A stretch of 32,000 bases of DNA from Acidimicrobiales bacterium (GCA_025463365.1 JAOBWM010000006.1:1-32000); one strand, 5' to 3'. Counted from the stretch's first letter, positions 22,994 through 32,000 are shown. Numbers and translations are program-made. Notes: generated from the letters alone by a model not told the origin.

Positions 22994-23884
22994 ATGCTCC
23001 GCGCCGCCACGCGGGGAAGCCCGCTCGCCCGCTGGCAGGCGGACCGCGTCGCCACCCTGCTCGCCGACGTGCACCCGGGGCTGGCCGTCGAGGTCGTGGT
23101 GGTCGACACCGAAGCCGATCGCCGGCTCGATGTCCCGATCTCCTCGTTCGGCGGCAAGGGGGTCTTCGCCAAGGAGGTCCAAGCCGCCGTGCTCGACGGC
23201 CGCGCCGACTTCGCCGTGCACTCGGCCAAGGATCTGCCGTCGGTGACCGTCGACGGGCTCGTGCTCGCCGCGGTTCCGGAGCGGGGCAACGCGCGCGATG
23301 CGTTGGTGGGGAGCACCCTCGCCGCGCTGGCCCACGGGGCCACGGTGGCCACCGGTTCGCAGCGCCGCCGGGCGCAGCTCGCGCAACACCGACCCGACCT
23401 CGTGTTCACGGAGCTCCGGGGCAACATGGCGACCCGGCTGTCGAAGGTCCCCGACGGCGGGGCGATCGTCGTGGCGGCTGTGGCGTTCGAGCGCCTCGGG
23501 CTGGGCGAGCACATCGCCGAGGAGATCCCCGTCGACGAGATGGTCCCGCAGGTGGGCCAGGGCGCCCTCGCCATCGAGTGCCGGGCCGGCGACGAGCGCA
23601 CCCGCGCCCTGCTGGCCGCGGTCGAGCACCGTCCCTCACGGCGGCGCGTCGACGCCGAGCGGGCGTTCCTCGCCGAGCTCGGCGGCGACTGCGAGCTGCC
23701 GGCCGGGGCCCATGCCACCTTGCCCGGCGTCCGAGACGACGACGGCCTGATCCTGCGGGCGTTCCTCGCCTCGGAGGGATCGGCCGACGCCCACGTCGTC
23801 ACCCACGTCGCGTCTGGCGACGATCCGGAGACCCTCGGCACCGGTGCCGCCCGCCACCTCCGCGCCGCGCTCGGCGCCAGCTGA
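22994..23884 (+). CDS. hemC: Hydroxymethylbilane synthase (porphobilinogen deaminase)
   Basis: 296-aa ORF with LRAATRGSPLARWQA, GGKGVFAKEVQ.A.L.GRADFAVHSAKDLP and ERAFLAELGGDC. Confidence 0.9.
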   Translation: MLRAATRGSPLARWQADRVATLLADVHPGLAVEVVVVDTEADRRLDVPISSFGGKGVFAKEVQAAVLDGRADFAVHSAKDLPSVTVDGLVLAAVPERGNARDALVGSTLAALAHGATVATGSQRRRAQLAQHRPDLVFTELRGNMATRLSKVPDGGAIVVAAVAFERLGLGEHIAEEIPVDEMVPQVGQGALAIECRAGDERTRALLAAVEHRPSRRRVDAERAFLAELGGDCELPAGAHATLPGVRDDDGLILRAFLASEGSADAHVVTHVASGDDPETLGTGAARHLRAALGAS

Positions 23885-23931
23885 CTCGGCCGCCTGCCGG
23901 GGCGATCGCGGCGACCTCGTACCATCGACCC

Positions 23932-25398
23932 GTGACCGTGTACCTGGTGGGAGCTGGCCCCGGCGACCCTGGCCTGCTCACGGTCCGGGGTGCCGAGCTG
24001 CTCGCCCGAGCGGATGTGGTGGTGCACGACCGGCTGTCGGCGGCCGAGCTTCTGGACCTGGCTCGCGGTGACGCCGAGCGGATCGACGTGGGCAAGGCGC
24101 CCAAGCACCACCGGATGACCCAGGAGCAGATCAACGCACTGCTGGTGGAGCGCGGGCTCGCCGGGCAGATGGTGGTGCGGCTCAAGGGCGGGGATCCCTT
24201 CGTGTTCGCGCGGGGGAGCGAGGAGGCCCGTGCCCTGGCACTGGCGGGTGTGCCCTACGAGATCGTCCCGGGGATCACGTCCGCCCTCGCGGTGCCGGCG
24301 TATGCGGGGATCCCGGTGACGCAGCGGTTCTCGTCCACGTCGTTCACCGTGGTGACCGGCCACGAAGACCCGGCGAGCGGCGAGGGCACGGTCGATTGGG
24401 AGGCCATCGCCCGCACGGGCGGCACGATCGTGATCCTCATGGGCGTGGGGCGGTGGCCGGCCATCTCCCAGCGACTGCTGGCCGCCGGCCTATCGGCCGA
24501 CACGCCGGCCGCGGCGGTGCGGTGGGGCACCCGTCCCGAGCAGCACACCACCCGTGCCACGCTCGCCACGCTGGCCGACCACCCGCTCGCGGCACCGTCG
24601 GTGATCGTCGTCGGCGGCGTCGCCGGCGAGGACCTGGCCTGGTTCACCGGCCGTCCGCTGTTCGCCAAGCGGGTCGTCGTGACCCGGGCGCGCGCGCAGG
24701 CATCGACGCTCGTGGCGCGCCTCCGCGAGCTCGGTGCCGACGTGATCGAGGCGCCGGCGATCGAGGTCGCCGAGCCCGAGGACGGCGGCGCGGCGCTCCG
24801 GGCTGCCGTCGAACGCATCGCCGAGTTCGACTGGGTGGTGTTGACGTCGCCCAACGGCGTCCGTCGCACGTTCGCCCAGATCCCCGATGCGCGGGTCCTC
24901 GCCGGCGTGCACGTCGCCGCCATCGGCTCCGGAACGGCCGATGCGCTCGGCCAGGTCCGGGTGGTCGCCGACCTCCTGCCACCGGAGTACGTGGCTGAAA
25001 GCCTCCTGGCCGCGTTCCCCGCACCGCCCGCCGGCGGCGGCCGGGTCCTGCTCGCCCGCGCCGCCGTCGCCCGCGACGTGTTGCCCGACGGCCTGGCCGC
25101 CATGGGCTGGGAGGTGGAGGTCGCTCCGGCCTACCGGACCGTCCCGGTCGAGCTGACCGACGACGAGCGGGACCTGGTGGCGACGGCCGATGCGGTGACG
25201 TTCACGTCGTCGTCCACCGTCACCAACCTGTGCGCCGCGGTGGGTGCGGGCGGAGTTCCGCCCGTCGTGGTCAGCATCGGCCCGGTCACCTCGGCGACCG
25301 CTCGCGCCAACGGCCTGACCGTCACGGCCGAGGCCGCCGAGCACACCATCGACGGGCTCGTCACCGCGCTCCTCGCCACGCTGGCCACCCCGACCTGA
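23932..25398 (+). CDS. cobA/hemD: Fused uroporphyrinogen-III C-methyltransferase / uroporphyrinogen-III synthase
   Basis: 488 aa from GTG 23932. The N-terminal half has VYLVGAGPGDPGLLT, RLKGGDPFVFARG and PYEIVPGITSA (SUMT). The C-terminal half has GRPLFAKRVVVTRA...WVVLTSPNGV (HemD). The track ORF's long upstream extension overlaps hemC out of frame. Confidence 0.85.
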   Translation: MTVYLVGAGPGDPGLLTVRGAELLARADVVVHDRLSAAELLDLARGDAERIDVGKAPKHHRMTQEQINALLVERGLAGQMVVRLKGGDPFVFARGSEEARALALAGVPYEIVPGITSALAVPAYAGIPVTQRFSSTSFTVVTGHEDPASGEGTVDWEAIARTGGTIVILMGVGRWPAISQRLLAAGLSADTPAAAVRWGTRPEQHTTRATLATLADHPLAAPSVIVVGGVAGEDLAWFTGRPLFAKRVVVTRARAQASTLVARLRELGADVIEAPAIEVAEPEDGGAALRAAVERIAEFDWVVLTSPNGVRRTFAQIPDARVLAGVHVAAIGSGTADALGQVRVVADLLPPEYVAESLLAAFPAPPAGGGRVLLARAAVARDVLPDGLAAMGWEVEVAPAYRTVPVELTDDERDLVATADAVTFTSSSTVTNLCAAVGAGGVPPVVVSIGPVTSATARANGLTVTAEAAEHTIDGLVTALLATLATPT

Positions 25399-25419
25399 CC
25401 GGACGACGAGGAGCTTGCG

Positions 25420-26106
25420 GTGATCGACGGCCTCGATGCGGTGGTGTTCGACTTCGACGGGTTGCTCGTCGACACCGAGACGTCGATCTTCGAGCTGACC
25501 GCGGCGGCGCTCGCCGTCATGGGTCACGACCTCACCGTGCCGCAGTGGGCGACGGTGATCGGGCGGGGCGAGGATGAGTCGTGGGCGGCGCTGTGCCGAG
25601 CGCTCGGAGCCGTGCCGGACCGCACGGAGTTCGAGGCGCGCTACAACGCCCAGGATCGGTCATGGCGGGACCAGCTCCCGCTCGTCCCGGGCGTGGTCGC
25701 GTTGCTCGACGCGCTGGGCCAGGCCGGCGTCCCCTGCGGCGTGGCCTCCAGCTCGCCGGCCGCTTGGGTCGAAGGCCACCTGAGCCGCCTCGGCATCCGG
25801 GACCGCTTCGGGACCGTGGCCACGCGCGATCGAGTCGGCGGTCGGGCCAAGCCGGCGCCTGACTCGTACCTGCTCGCGTGCGCGGACCTGGGCGCGGACC
25901 CGGCGCGCTCGGTGGCCATCGAGGACTCGGGACCGGGCATCGCCGCCGCGCTCGCGGCCGGGATGGCGGTGGTGGCCGTGCCGAGCCACATCACGGCCCA
26001 CACCGACCTGTCGGCTGCGCACCACACCGTCGCGGATCTCACCCAGGTCACCGTGGCCGACCTGCGCTCGATCGTGGCCGGGTCGCCGAACGATGGTCGC
26101 CCCTAG
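25420..26106 (+). CDS. HAD-IA family hydrolase (phosphatase/beta-phosphoglucomutase-like)
   Basis: 228-aa ORF with a GTG start. Contains the four HAD motifs: VVFDFDGLLVDTE, VASSS, KPAPD and EDSGPGIAAALAAGM. Confidence 0.8.
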   Translation: MIDGLDAVVFDFDGLLVDTETSIFELTAAALAVMGHDLTVPQWATVIGRGEDESWAALCRALGAVPDRTEFEARYNAQDRSWRDQLPLVPGVVALLDALGQAGVPCGVASSSPAAWVEGHLSRLGIRDRFGTVATRDRVGGRAKPAPDSYLLACADLGADPARSVAIEDSGPGIAAALAAGMAVVAVPSHITAHTDLSAAHHTVADLTQVTVADLRSIVAGSPNDGRP

Positions 26107-26115
26107 GGTGGAGGG

Positions 26116-27090
26116 GTGTTCCCGCAGCGCCGCCTTCGCCGCCTCCGTCGCACCCCGGCCCTGCGCCGCATGGTGGCCGAGACCCACCTCACGCCAGCCG
26201 ACCTGATCGCTCCGCTGTTCGTCCGCGAGGGCATCGACGAGCCCCAGCCGATCCTGTCGCTGCCCGGCGTCGTGCAGCACACCCGGGCCTCGCTCGCCCA
26301 AGAGGTGAAGGAGCTGGTCGACCTCGGCATCCCGGCCGTCTTGCTGTTCGGCGTTCCCGAGCACAAGGACGCGGAGGGCTCTGGCGCCAGCGATCCCGAC
26401 GGCATCGTCCAGGTGGCGCTGCGCGACCTGCGCGACACGTTCGGCGACGACGTCGTGCTGATCGCCGACCTGTGCCTCGACGAGTACACCGACCACGGCC
26501 ACTGCGGCCTGCTCACGCCATCGGGCGCGGTCGACAACGACGCCACGCTCGACCGCTACGCGGAGGTGGCCGTGGCCCAGGCCGCCGCCGGGGTCGACAT
26601 CGTGGCCCCCTCGGGGATGATGGACGGACAGGTCGCCGCCATCCGCGACGCGCTCGACGACGACGACTTCGGCGAGGTGTCGATCCTGGCCTACGCGGCC
26701 AAGTACGCCTCGGCGCTGTACGGCCCCTTCCGCGACGCGGTCGACGTGGAGATCGCCGACGGGGGCGACCGCAAGGCGTACCAGCAGGATCCCGGCAACG
26801 CTCGCGAGGCCCTCGAAGAGGTCCGCGCCGACGTCGCCGAGGGCGCCGACATGATCATGGTGAAGCCGGCGCTCGCCTACCTCGACGTCATCGCACGGGT
26901 GCGTGCGGAGCACGACCTGCCCCTCGCCGCCTACCACGTGTCCGGCGAGTACTCGATGATCAAGGCGGCTGCTGCCAACGGCTGGATCGACGGCCACGCC
27001 GTGGCCATGGAGCACCTCACCGCCATCAAGCGGGCCGGTGCCGACCTGATCCTCACCTACCTGGCACGCGAAGCCGCCGAGGTGTTGTGA
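26116..27090 (+). CDS. hemB: Porphobilinogen synthase (delta-aminolevulinate dehydratase)
   Basis: 324-aa ORF with a GTG start. Contains RRLRRTPALRRMVAE, DLCLDEYTDHGHCG (metal site), VAPSGMMDGQV, and the active-site Lys blocks YAAKYAS and MVKPA. Confidence 0.9.
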   Translation: MFPQRRLRRLRRTPALRRMVAETHLTPADLIAPLFVREGIDEPQPILSLPGVVQHTRASLAQEVKELVDLGIPAVLLFGVPEHKDAEGSGASDPDGIVQVALRDLRDTFGDDVVLIADLCLDEYTDHGHCGLLTPSGAVDNDATLDRYAEVAVAQAAAGVDIVAPSGMMDGQVAAIRDALDDDDFGEVSILAYAAKYASALYGPFRDAVDVEIADGGDRKAYQQDPGNAREALEEVRADVAEGADMIMVKPALAYLDVIARVRAEHDLPLAAYHVSGEYSMIKAAAANGWIDGHAVAMEHLTAIKRAGADLILTYLAREAAEVL

Positions 27091-27094
27091 GCCG

Positions 27095-28381
27095 GTGACC
27101 ACCAACCAGGAGCTGTTCGACCGGGCGCAGCGCGTGATCCCCGGGGGCGTCAACTCGCCGGTCCGCGCCTTCACCTCGGTAGGTGGCACGCCGTACTTCG
27201 TCGCTCGCGCCCAGGGTCCCCGGGTCTGGGACGTCGAAGGCAACGAGTACCTCGACCTGGTGCAGTCCTACGGGGCGATCATCGGCGGCCACGCCCATCC
27301 GGTGATCATCGAGGCCATCCGCGCCGCCGCGGGTGACGGCACCTCGTACGGGGCCCCGACGGAACGGGAGGTGCTGCTCGCCGAGGAGATCTGGACGCGC
27401 GTCCCGTCGTGCGACAAGGTGCGCATGGTGTCGAGCGGCACCGAGGCCACCATGACCGTGCTGCGCCTCGCGCGTGGCGCCACGGGCCGGACCCGCGTCG
27501 TGAAGTTCGCCGGCAACTACCACGGCCACGGCGATGCGCTCCTGGCCCAGTCGGGGTCCGCGGTCGCCCACCTCGATGCCGCCAGCAGCCCTGACGGCAT
27601 CCCCGGCTCGGCGGGCGTGCCGAGCAGCGCGGTCGCCGACACCCTCGTGGTCCCCTACAACCAGGTTCCCCACCTCGACGACACCGTCGCCTGCGTGATC
27701 GTCGAACCGGTGGCGGCCAACATGGGCCTGGTCGCGCCGGCACCGGGCTTCCTCGAGGGGCTGCGCGCCGAGTGCGACCGCGTGGGGGCGCTGCTCGTCT
27801 TCGACGAGGTCATCACCGGGTTCCGCATCGCACGCGGCGGGGCGCAGGCCACCTACGCGATCACGCCCGACCTGACGTGCTTCGGCAAGGTCATCGGCGG
27901 TGGCCTGAACGTCGGCGCGTTCGGCGGCCGATCGGACCTCATGGACCTGCTCGCCCCCCTCGGTCCCGTGTACCAGGCCGGCACCTTGTCGGGGAACCCC
28001 CTCGCCACCGCGGCCGGTCTCGCCGCCCTCGGCCTGCTCGACGACGGGGCCTACGACGAGTTGCACGCCACGGCCGCCGCCCTCGCCTCCGGGCTGCAGG
28101 GCGCGCTCACTCGGGCCGGGCTCGTCGCCGTCGTCCCGGTGGTCGGTTCGCTGGTGGGTCTGCACTTCGGCCACCGGCTCCCGGTCGACTACGACACCGC
28201 CCGCGACACCGACGAAGAGACCTACGCCGCCTTCTTCCACGCCATGTTGGACCGAGGCGTGGCGCTGGCTCCCGGGGCCTACGAGGTCATGTTCCCGGGC
28301 CTGGCCCACACGCCCGAGGTCATCGAGCGGATCGTCGAGGTGGCGTCCGATGCCGCGTTGGCCGTGGCGGCCACCACGTGA
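27095..28381 (+). CDS. hemL: Glutamate-1-semialdehyde 2,1-aminomutase
   Basis: 428-aa ORF with a GTG start. Contains IPGGVNSPVRAF, VSSGTEATM, LVFDEVITGFR and the PLP-lysine block CFGKVIGGG. Confidence 0.9.
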   Translation: MTTNQELFDRAQRVIPGGVNSPVRAFTSVGGTPYFVARAQGPRVWDVEGNEYLDLVQSYGAIIGGHAHPVIIEAIRAAAGDGTSYGAPTEREVLLAEEIWTRVPSCDKVRMVSSGTEATMTVLRLARGATGRTRVVKFAGNYHGHGDALLAQSGSAVAHLDAASSPDGIPGSAGVPSSAVADTLVVPYNQVPHLDDTVACVIVEPVAANMGLVAPAPGFLEGLRAECDRVGALLVFDEVITGFRIARGGAQATYAITPDLTCFGKVIGGGLNVGAFGGRSDLMDLLAPLGPVYQAGTLSGNPLATAAGLAALGLLDDGAYDELHATAAALASGLQGALTRAGLVAVVPVVGSLVGLHFGHRLPVDYDTARDTDEETYAAFFHAMLDRGVALAPGAYEVMFPGLAHTPEVIERIVEVASDAALAVAATT

Positions 28382-28394
28382 GGCGAGATGTCCC

Positions 28395-30941
28395 GTGAAC
28401 GACCCGGCCGGGCGAGCGGGCATCCCGGTCGACCTGACGCGCCTGCTGAGCCGCCTGCCTGATCTGGTGGCCCTGGCCGACGAGGCCGGGGTCGTGCGGT
28501 GGATGGGCCCCAACGTCCCCGAGTCCGTGGGATGGACGCCGGCGCATGTCGTGGGCCGGCCCATGTACGAGCTGTTCGCCAAGGGAGCGAACCACCAGCT
28601 GCACCTCGACGCGCTGGCCAAGGCCTTGACGGCTCCTGGCCTGCACGGACCGTTCGAGGTCACGATCGTTGCCGCCGACGGCCGCCTCCGCGAGCTCGAG
28701 TTGATGGTGGACAACGCGCTCGACGACCCGGCCATCCACTCGCTGGTGGCGACCGGCCGCGACATCACGGACCGAGCCCAGGATGCCGAGCAGGCGCGGC
28801 AGCAGGGGGCATGGGCCACCTCGCTCCTGCGCGGTGCGACCGACCTGATCATGGTGTGCGACATCGCCGGGCGGTTCGCCTACGTCAGCCCCTCCTCGCG
28901 GCGCCTCCTCGGCGCCGCGCCCGAGGAGCTGGTGGGCACGCTCATCACGGACCTCATCCATCCCGATGATCTCCTCGGCGACCCGGGCGCTCGCCACCTC
29001 GATCGGGCCCTCGGCACCGGCCCCGGCCGCCGCCCGGTGGTCCGCATGCGCCGCCGCGACGACGGCTGGCGCCGCATGCGGATCGAGCGCTCGCCTAGCG
29101 ATGACCTCGGCGAACACTCGCTGGTGTTCACCGCCCGCGAGCTGACCTCCGAGCACGCCGCGGCTGACCTCCTGAGCGAGCAGACCGTGCTGTTGGAACG
29201 GATCGCCCGCGGTGCCCCGGTGGCCGACTCGTTGCGGTCGATCGCCCACCTCGCGGGCCGCCGGCTGGGCGACGGCGAGGTCGTGCTGGGCTTCTTCGAC
29301 CAGTCCGGGGCCTTCATGTCGGAGGGCCCCGGGGTCGACCCCGACCTGACCGCAGTCCTCGATCGCACGGGCATCAGCCGGCCCGACACCGTCACCCGTC
29401 GGCGCGGTGCACCGGGCAGTGCCTTCCGCCGCAACGAAGGCTGGGACTCCGTCGTGCGGGCGGCATCGGCGGGCCGGTTCACCGCAGCCTGGGTGTCCGA
29501 GCTGGCCGGAGCCGACGAGTCGGCCGGACGGGTGGTCCTGCTCCGGGGCCACGAGGAACCGCTCACCCACGAGGAGCTCGACCTGCTCGGGCTGGTGGCC
29601 GACCTGGCCACCATCGCCGTCGAGCGCCACGACCTGCAGGCCCGCCTCGCCCACGGCGCACTGCACGACGAGCTCACCGGCCTGCCCAACCGGCGCTTCT
29701 TGCTGACCCGGCTGCGCGACACGTTCGAGCTGGCGGGATCCAGCGCGGGGCTCCTGTTCATCGACCTCGACCGGTTCAAGCTCATCAACGACAGCCTCGG
29801 GCACGAGGCCGGCGACCAGCTGCTCAAGGAGGTCACCCGCCGCTTCCAGCGCGCCCTGCGCCCGGCCGACATCGTCGCTCGCGTCGGCGGCGACGAGTTC
29901 GTCGTCCTGTGTCCCGACCTGGAGAGCGTCGACAGCGTCGCCCGCCTCGCCGAGCGCCTGACCGACTCGCTCACCGAGCCCGTCGACCTCCCCGGCGGCC
30001 GGGTGGTGGTGTCGGCGTCGGTCGGGGTCATGCACGCCACCGGCCCCGCCGATCCGGCGGCGGTCCTACAGGACGCGGATCTCGCCATGTACGACGCCAA
30101 GCAGAACGGCCGCAACCGCACGGCCCTCTTCCACGTCGGGCTCCGCGAGAAGGCGGTGGCCCGCCTCGAGGTGGAGAACGCCCTGCGCGAGGCCCTCCGC
30201 TCCGACGAGATGACCCTGCACTACCAACCGGTGATCCGCCTGAGCGACCGGAAGATGGTGGGGGTGGAGGCGCTGCTCCGCTGGCAACGCCCCGGCATCG
30301 GCCTCGTCCAGCCCGGTTCCTTCGTGCCGGTGGCCACCGACACCGGCCTGATCCTGCCGATCGGCCGGTGGGTCATCGAGCAGGCGGCGAAGGCGGCGGC
30401 GCGCTGGCCCGCGCTGGAGGTCGCCGCCAACCTGTCGGCCAAGCAGCTCACCGACGCCGACCTCGTGGACTTCGTGGCCGAGACGCTCGAACGCAACGAG
30501 GTCGAGCCCCACCGGCTCTGCCTCGAGGTGACCGAGGCCGACCTCGTGACCGACCCCGACACGGTGGTCGAGCAGCTCCGGCGCTTCAAGCGCCTCGGCG
30601 TGCGGCTCGCGATCGACGACTTCGGCACCGGCTTCGCCACCCTCGACTACCTCCGGCGGTTCTCGGCGGCCGACATCTTGAAGGTCGATGCCTCGTTCGT
30701 GGCCGGGGTGACCGACCCGTCGTCGCATGACCTCGCCATCGTCTCGGCCGCCCTCGTGCTGGCCGACAACCTCGGCTTCGACACCGTGGCCGAGGGCATC
30801 GAGACCGAGGCCCAGAGCGACGTGCTGCAGCGGTTGGGCTGCGAGCTGGCCCAGGGCCACCTGTTCAGCCGGCCCGTGCCGGCCGAGGAGATCGACGAGA
30901 TCCTCGCCGGCACCCGCACGGTCGGTGGCCAGCGGGCCTGA
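28395..30941 (+). CDS. PAS-PAS-GAF-GGDEF-EAL protein (putative bifunctional diguanylate cyclase/c-di-GMP phosphodiesterase)
   Basis: 848 aa from GTG 28395, 13 nt after the hemL stop. The GGDEF motif is intact (29886-29900), with an RxxD I-site (RPAD, 29859-29870) at the canonical spacing. EAL (30267-30275), DDFGTG, KVD and EGIETE are all present. The N-terminus has two PAS-like repeats and a GAF-like segment, judged by eye. Confidence 0.9.
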   Translation: MNDPAGRAGIPVDLTRLLSRLPDLVALADEAGVVRWMGPNVPESVGWTPAHVVGRPMYELFAKGANHQLHLDALAKALTAPGLHGPFEVTIVAADGRLRELELMVDNALDDPAIHSLVATGRDITDRAQDAEQARQQGAWATSLLRGATDLIMVCDIAGRFAYVSPSSRRLLGAAPEELVGTLITDLIHPDDLLGDPGARHLDRALGTGPGRRPVVRMRRRDDGWRRMRIERSPSDDLGEHSLVFTARELTSEHAAADLLSEQTVLLERIARGAPVADSLRSIAHLAGRRLGDGEVVLGFFDQSGAFMSEGPGVDPDLTAVLDRTGISRPDTVTRRRGAPGSAFRRNEGWDSVVRAASAGRFTAAWVSELAGADESAGRVVLLRGHEEPLTHEELDLLGLVADLATIAVERHDLQARLAHGALHDELTGLPNRRFLLTRLRDTFELAGSSAGLLFIDLDRFKLINDSLGHEAGDQLLKEVTRRFQRALRPADIVARVGGDEFVVLCPDLESVDSVARLAERLTDSLTEPVDLPGGRVVVSASVGVMHATGPADPAAVLQDADLAMYDAKQNGRNRTALFHVGLREKAVARLEVENALREALRSDEMTLHYQPVIRLSDRKMVGVEALLRWQRPGIGLVQPGSFVPVATDTGLILPIGRWVIEQAAKAAARWPALEVAANLSAKQLTDADLVDFVAETLERNEVEPHRLCLEVTEADLVTDPDTVVEQLRRFKRLGVRLAIDDFGTGFATLDYLRRFSAADILKVDASFVAGVTDPSSHDLAIVSAALVLADNLGFDTVAEGIETEAQSDVLQRLGCELAQGHLFSRPVPAEEIDEILAGTRTVGGQRA

Positions 30942-31014
30942 CGCCTGCGGTTCCATCGGCGCGCCCGGCGCGGTAGGAATGCCCTCGCTCGCAGATCGAC
31001 GCAGGAGTACCCCC

Positions 31015-32000
31015 GTGACCAGCTCCGGATTCCGCCGTGCCCGGCTCGGCGCCCTCGAAGGCCCCGTTGCCGAAACCCTCGACCGCCTCGCGTCCGAGCG
31101 GGCGGTCTCGCGCCTCTGGGACCGGGACCACACGCTCTGGGCCCCCGATCCCACCGAGATCTCCGACCGGCTCGGATGGCTCGAGGTGGCCGACGACATG
31201 GTCGCCGCCGCGGATGAGCTCGACGGGTTCGCCGATGCCTGCGTCGCCGCGGGGTACCGCCACGCGGTCGTCATGGGCATGGGCGGCTCGAGCCTGTTCC
31301 CCGAGGTGCTCGCCCGCTCCTTCCCGCCGGTCGACGGCCGTCTGTCGCTCACGGTGCTCGACAGCACCGATCCGGCGGCGATCGGTCGGGTCGCGGCCCT
31401 CGCGCCGCCGGAGCACACGATGTTCGTGGCGTCGTCGAAGTCGGGGAGCACGGTGGAGACCCGCAGCCACCTCGACTTCTTCTGGGAACGGATCGGCCGG
31501 CCCGAACAGTTCGCCGTGGTCACCGACCCCGGCTCCGAGCTCGGCGCCCTCGCCCGCGAGCGCGGCTATCGCAAGGTGTTCGAGAACCGTCCCGACATCG
31601 GCGGCCGGTACTCGGCGCTCAGCTTCTTCGGGCTGGTCCCCGCGGTGCTCGCCGGTGTCGACTGGCGCGGCATCGTCGACCGGGCCCGGGCGGTCACCCC
31701 CTCGCTGCGCGACGACGACCCCGCGATCAACGCCGGGCTCCGCCTCGGTGCCATCCTCGGCACCGCGGTCCAGGCCGGGCGGGACAAGGTCACCCTCGTG
31801 ATCGACCCGCGCATCGAGGCGTTCGGGCTGTGGCTCGAGCAGCTCCTCGCCGAGTCCACCGGCAAGGCGGGCACCGGCGTGGTCCCCGTCGCCGACGAGG
31901 CACTCGGGGCGACCGACCGCTACGGCAACGATCGGGTCTTCGTGGCCATCGGCGATGTCGAGCACCCCGTCGGCCTCGACGTGCTGGCCGACGAGGGCCA
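31015..32000 (+). CDS. pgi: Glucose-6-phosphate isomerase, 5' partial (runs off the window)
   Basis: Manual translation from GTG 31015 (AGGAG at 31003-31007) gives VTSSGFRRARLG...MGMGGSSLFPEV...FVASSKSGSTVET...PDIGGRYSALSFFGL..., the PGI/SIS signatures. The frame is open to the window end. The track ORF 31037-31801 is a different frame. Confidence 0.8.
   Translation, partial: MTSSGFRRARLGALEGPVAETLDRLASERAVSRLWDRDHTLWAPDPTEISDRLGWLEVADDMVAAADELDGFADACVAAGYRHAVVMGMGGSSLFPEVLARSFPPVDGRLSLTVLDSTDPAAIGRVAALAPPEHTMFVASSKSGSTVETRSHLDFFWERIGRPEQFAVVTDPGSELGALARERGYRKVFENRPDIGGRYSALSFFGLVPAVLAGVDWRGIVDRARAVTPSLRDDDPAINAGLRLGAILGTAVQAGRDKVTLVIDPRIEAFGLWLEQLLAESTGKAGTGVVPVADEALGATDRYGNDRVFVAIGDVEHPVGLDVLADEG

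Noticed and set aside
22924-23931. The 336-codon upstream extension of the cobA/hemD ORF in the track.
   Set aside because: It overlaps hemC out of frame and is Arg/Pro/Gly-rich. The SUMT domain N-terminus (VYLVGAGPGDP) begins at GTG 23932.
31037-31801. The 254-aa plus-strand ORF in the track.
   Set aside because: It is Ser/Pro/Arg-rich with no motifs. The neighbouring frame starting at GTG 31015 gives a clean PGI sequence and is missing from the track only because it has no stop inside the window.

Overview
High-GC (by eye about 70% G+C or more) Actinomycetota-type chromosomal segment, almost fully coding. I call 34 protein-coding regions. One is a speculative micro-ORF, one (pgi) is truncated by the right edge and so absent from the ORF track, and one (csbD-like, 56 aa) is below the track size cut-off. 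I also call one riboswitch and a few repeats and regulatory sites. I saw no rRNA, tRNA, CRISPR array, transposase, integrase, phage gene or recognisable defence or toxin gene.

Content, left to right:
- a structured repeat array
- a fluoride-riboswitch-controlled CLC-F-type exporter (minus strand)
- neutral ceramidase, a TIGR03086/DinB-like protein, and lgt
- an XRE-cupin regulator divergent from an EamA transporter
- a csbD-like gene, a crotonase, and a DksA/TraR-like zinc-finger protein
- a DUF45 peptidase and a histidine phosphatase
- a MoaD/ThiS-like protein translationally coupled to a Pro-rich polytopic membrane protein
- an RsiG-like (c-di-GMP-dependent anti-sigma) candidate preceded by a sigma-28/WhiG-type promoter-like motif
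- an XRE regulator followed by mshA, then a ybjN-like gene and proC
- a DUF62 SAM-hydrolase-family gene, an ABC-2 exporter, and an acyl-CoA ligase
- an ~11-kb same-strand string: rex, DUF1269, sirC-like, hemA, hemC, cobA/hemD, HAD, hemB, hemL, PAS/GAF-GGDEF-EAL
- the 5' part of pgi

The backbone (mshA ... proC ... hemACDB ... hemL) is conserved housekeeping synteny, so this is mostly an ordinary core region. I do not see a convincing wholly new multi-gene system.

Best leads:
1. The RsiG-like protein with two c-di-GMP-binding signatures and a WhiG/FliA-like promoter.
2. A Rex-operator-fronted heme operon that appears to run straight into a c-di-GMP enzyme.
3. The unannotated fluoride riboswitch.
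4. The alternating-hairpin repeat array at the left edge.
5. The MoaD-like (GG-AW tail) / lysine-free CdsA-like membrane protein pair.

All family assignments come from motif recognition by eye; no searches were run.
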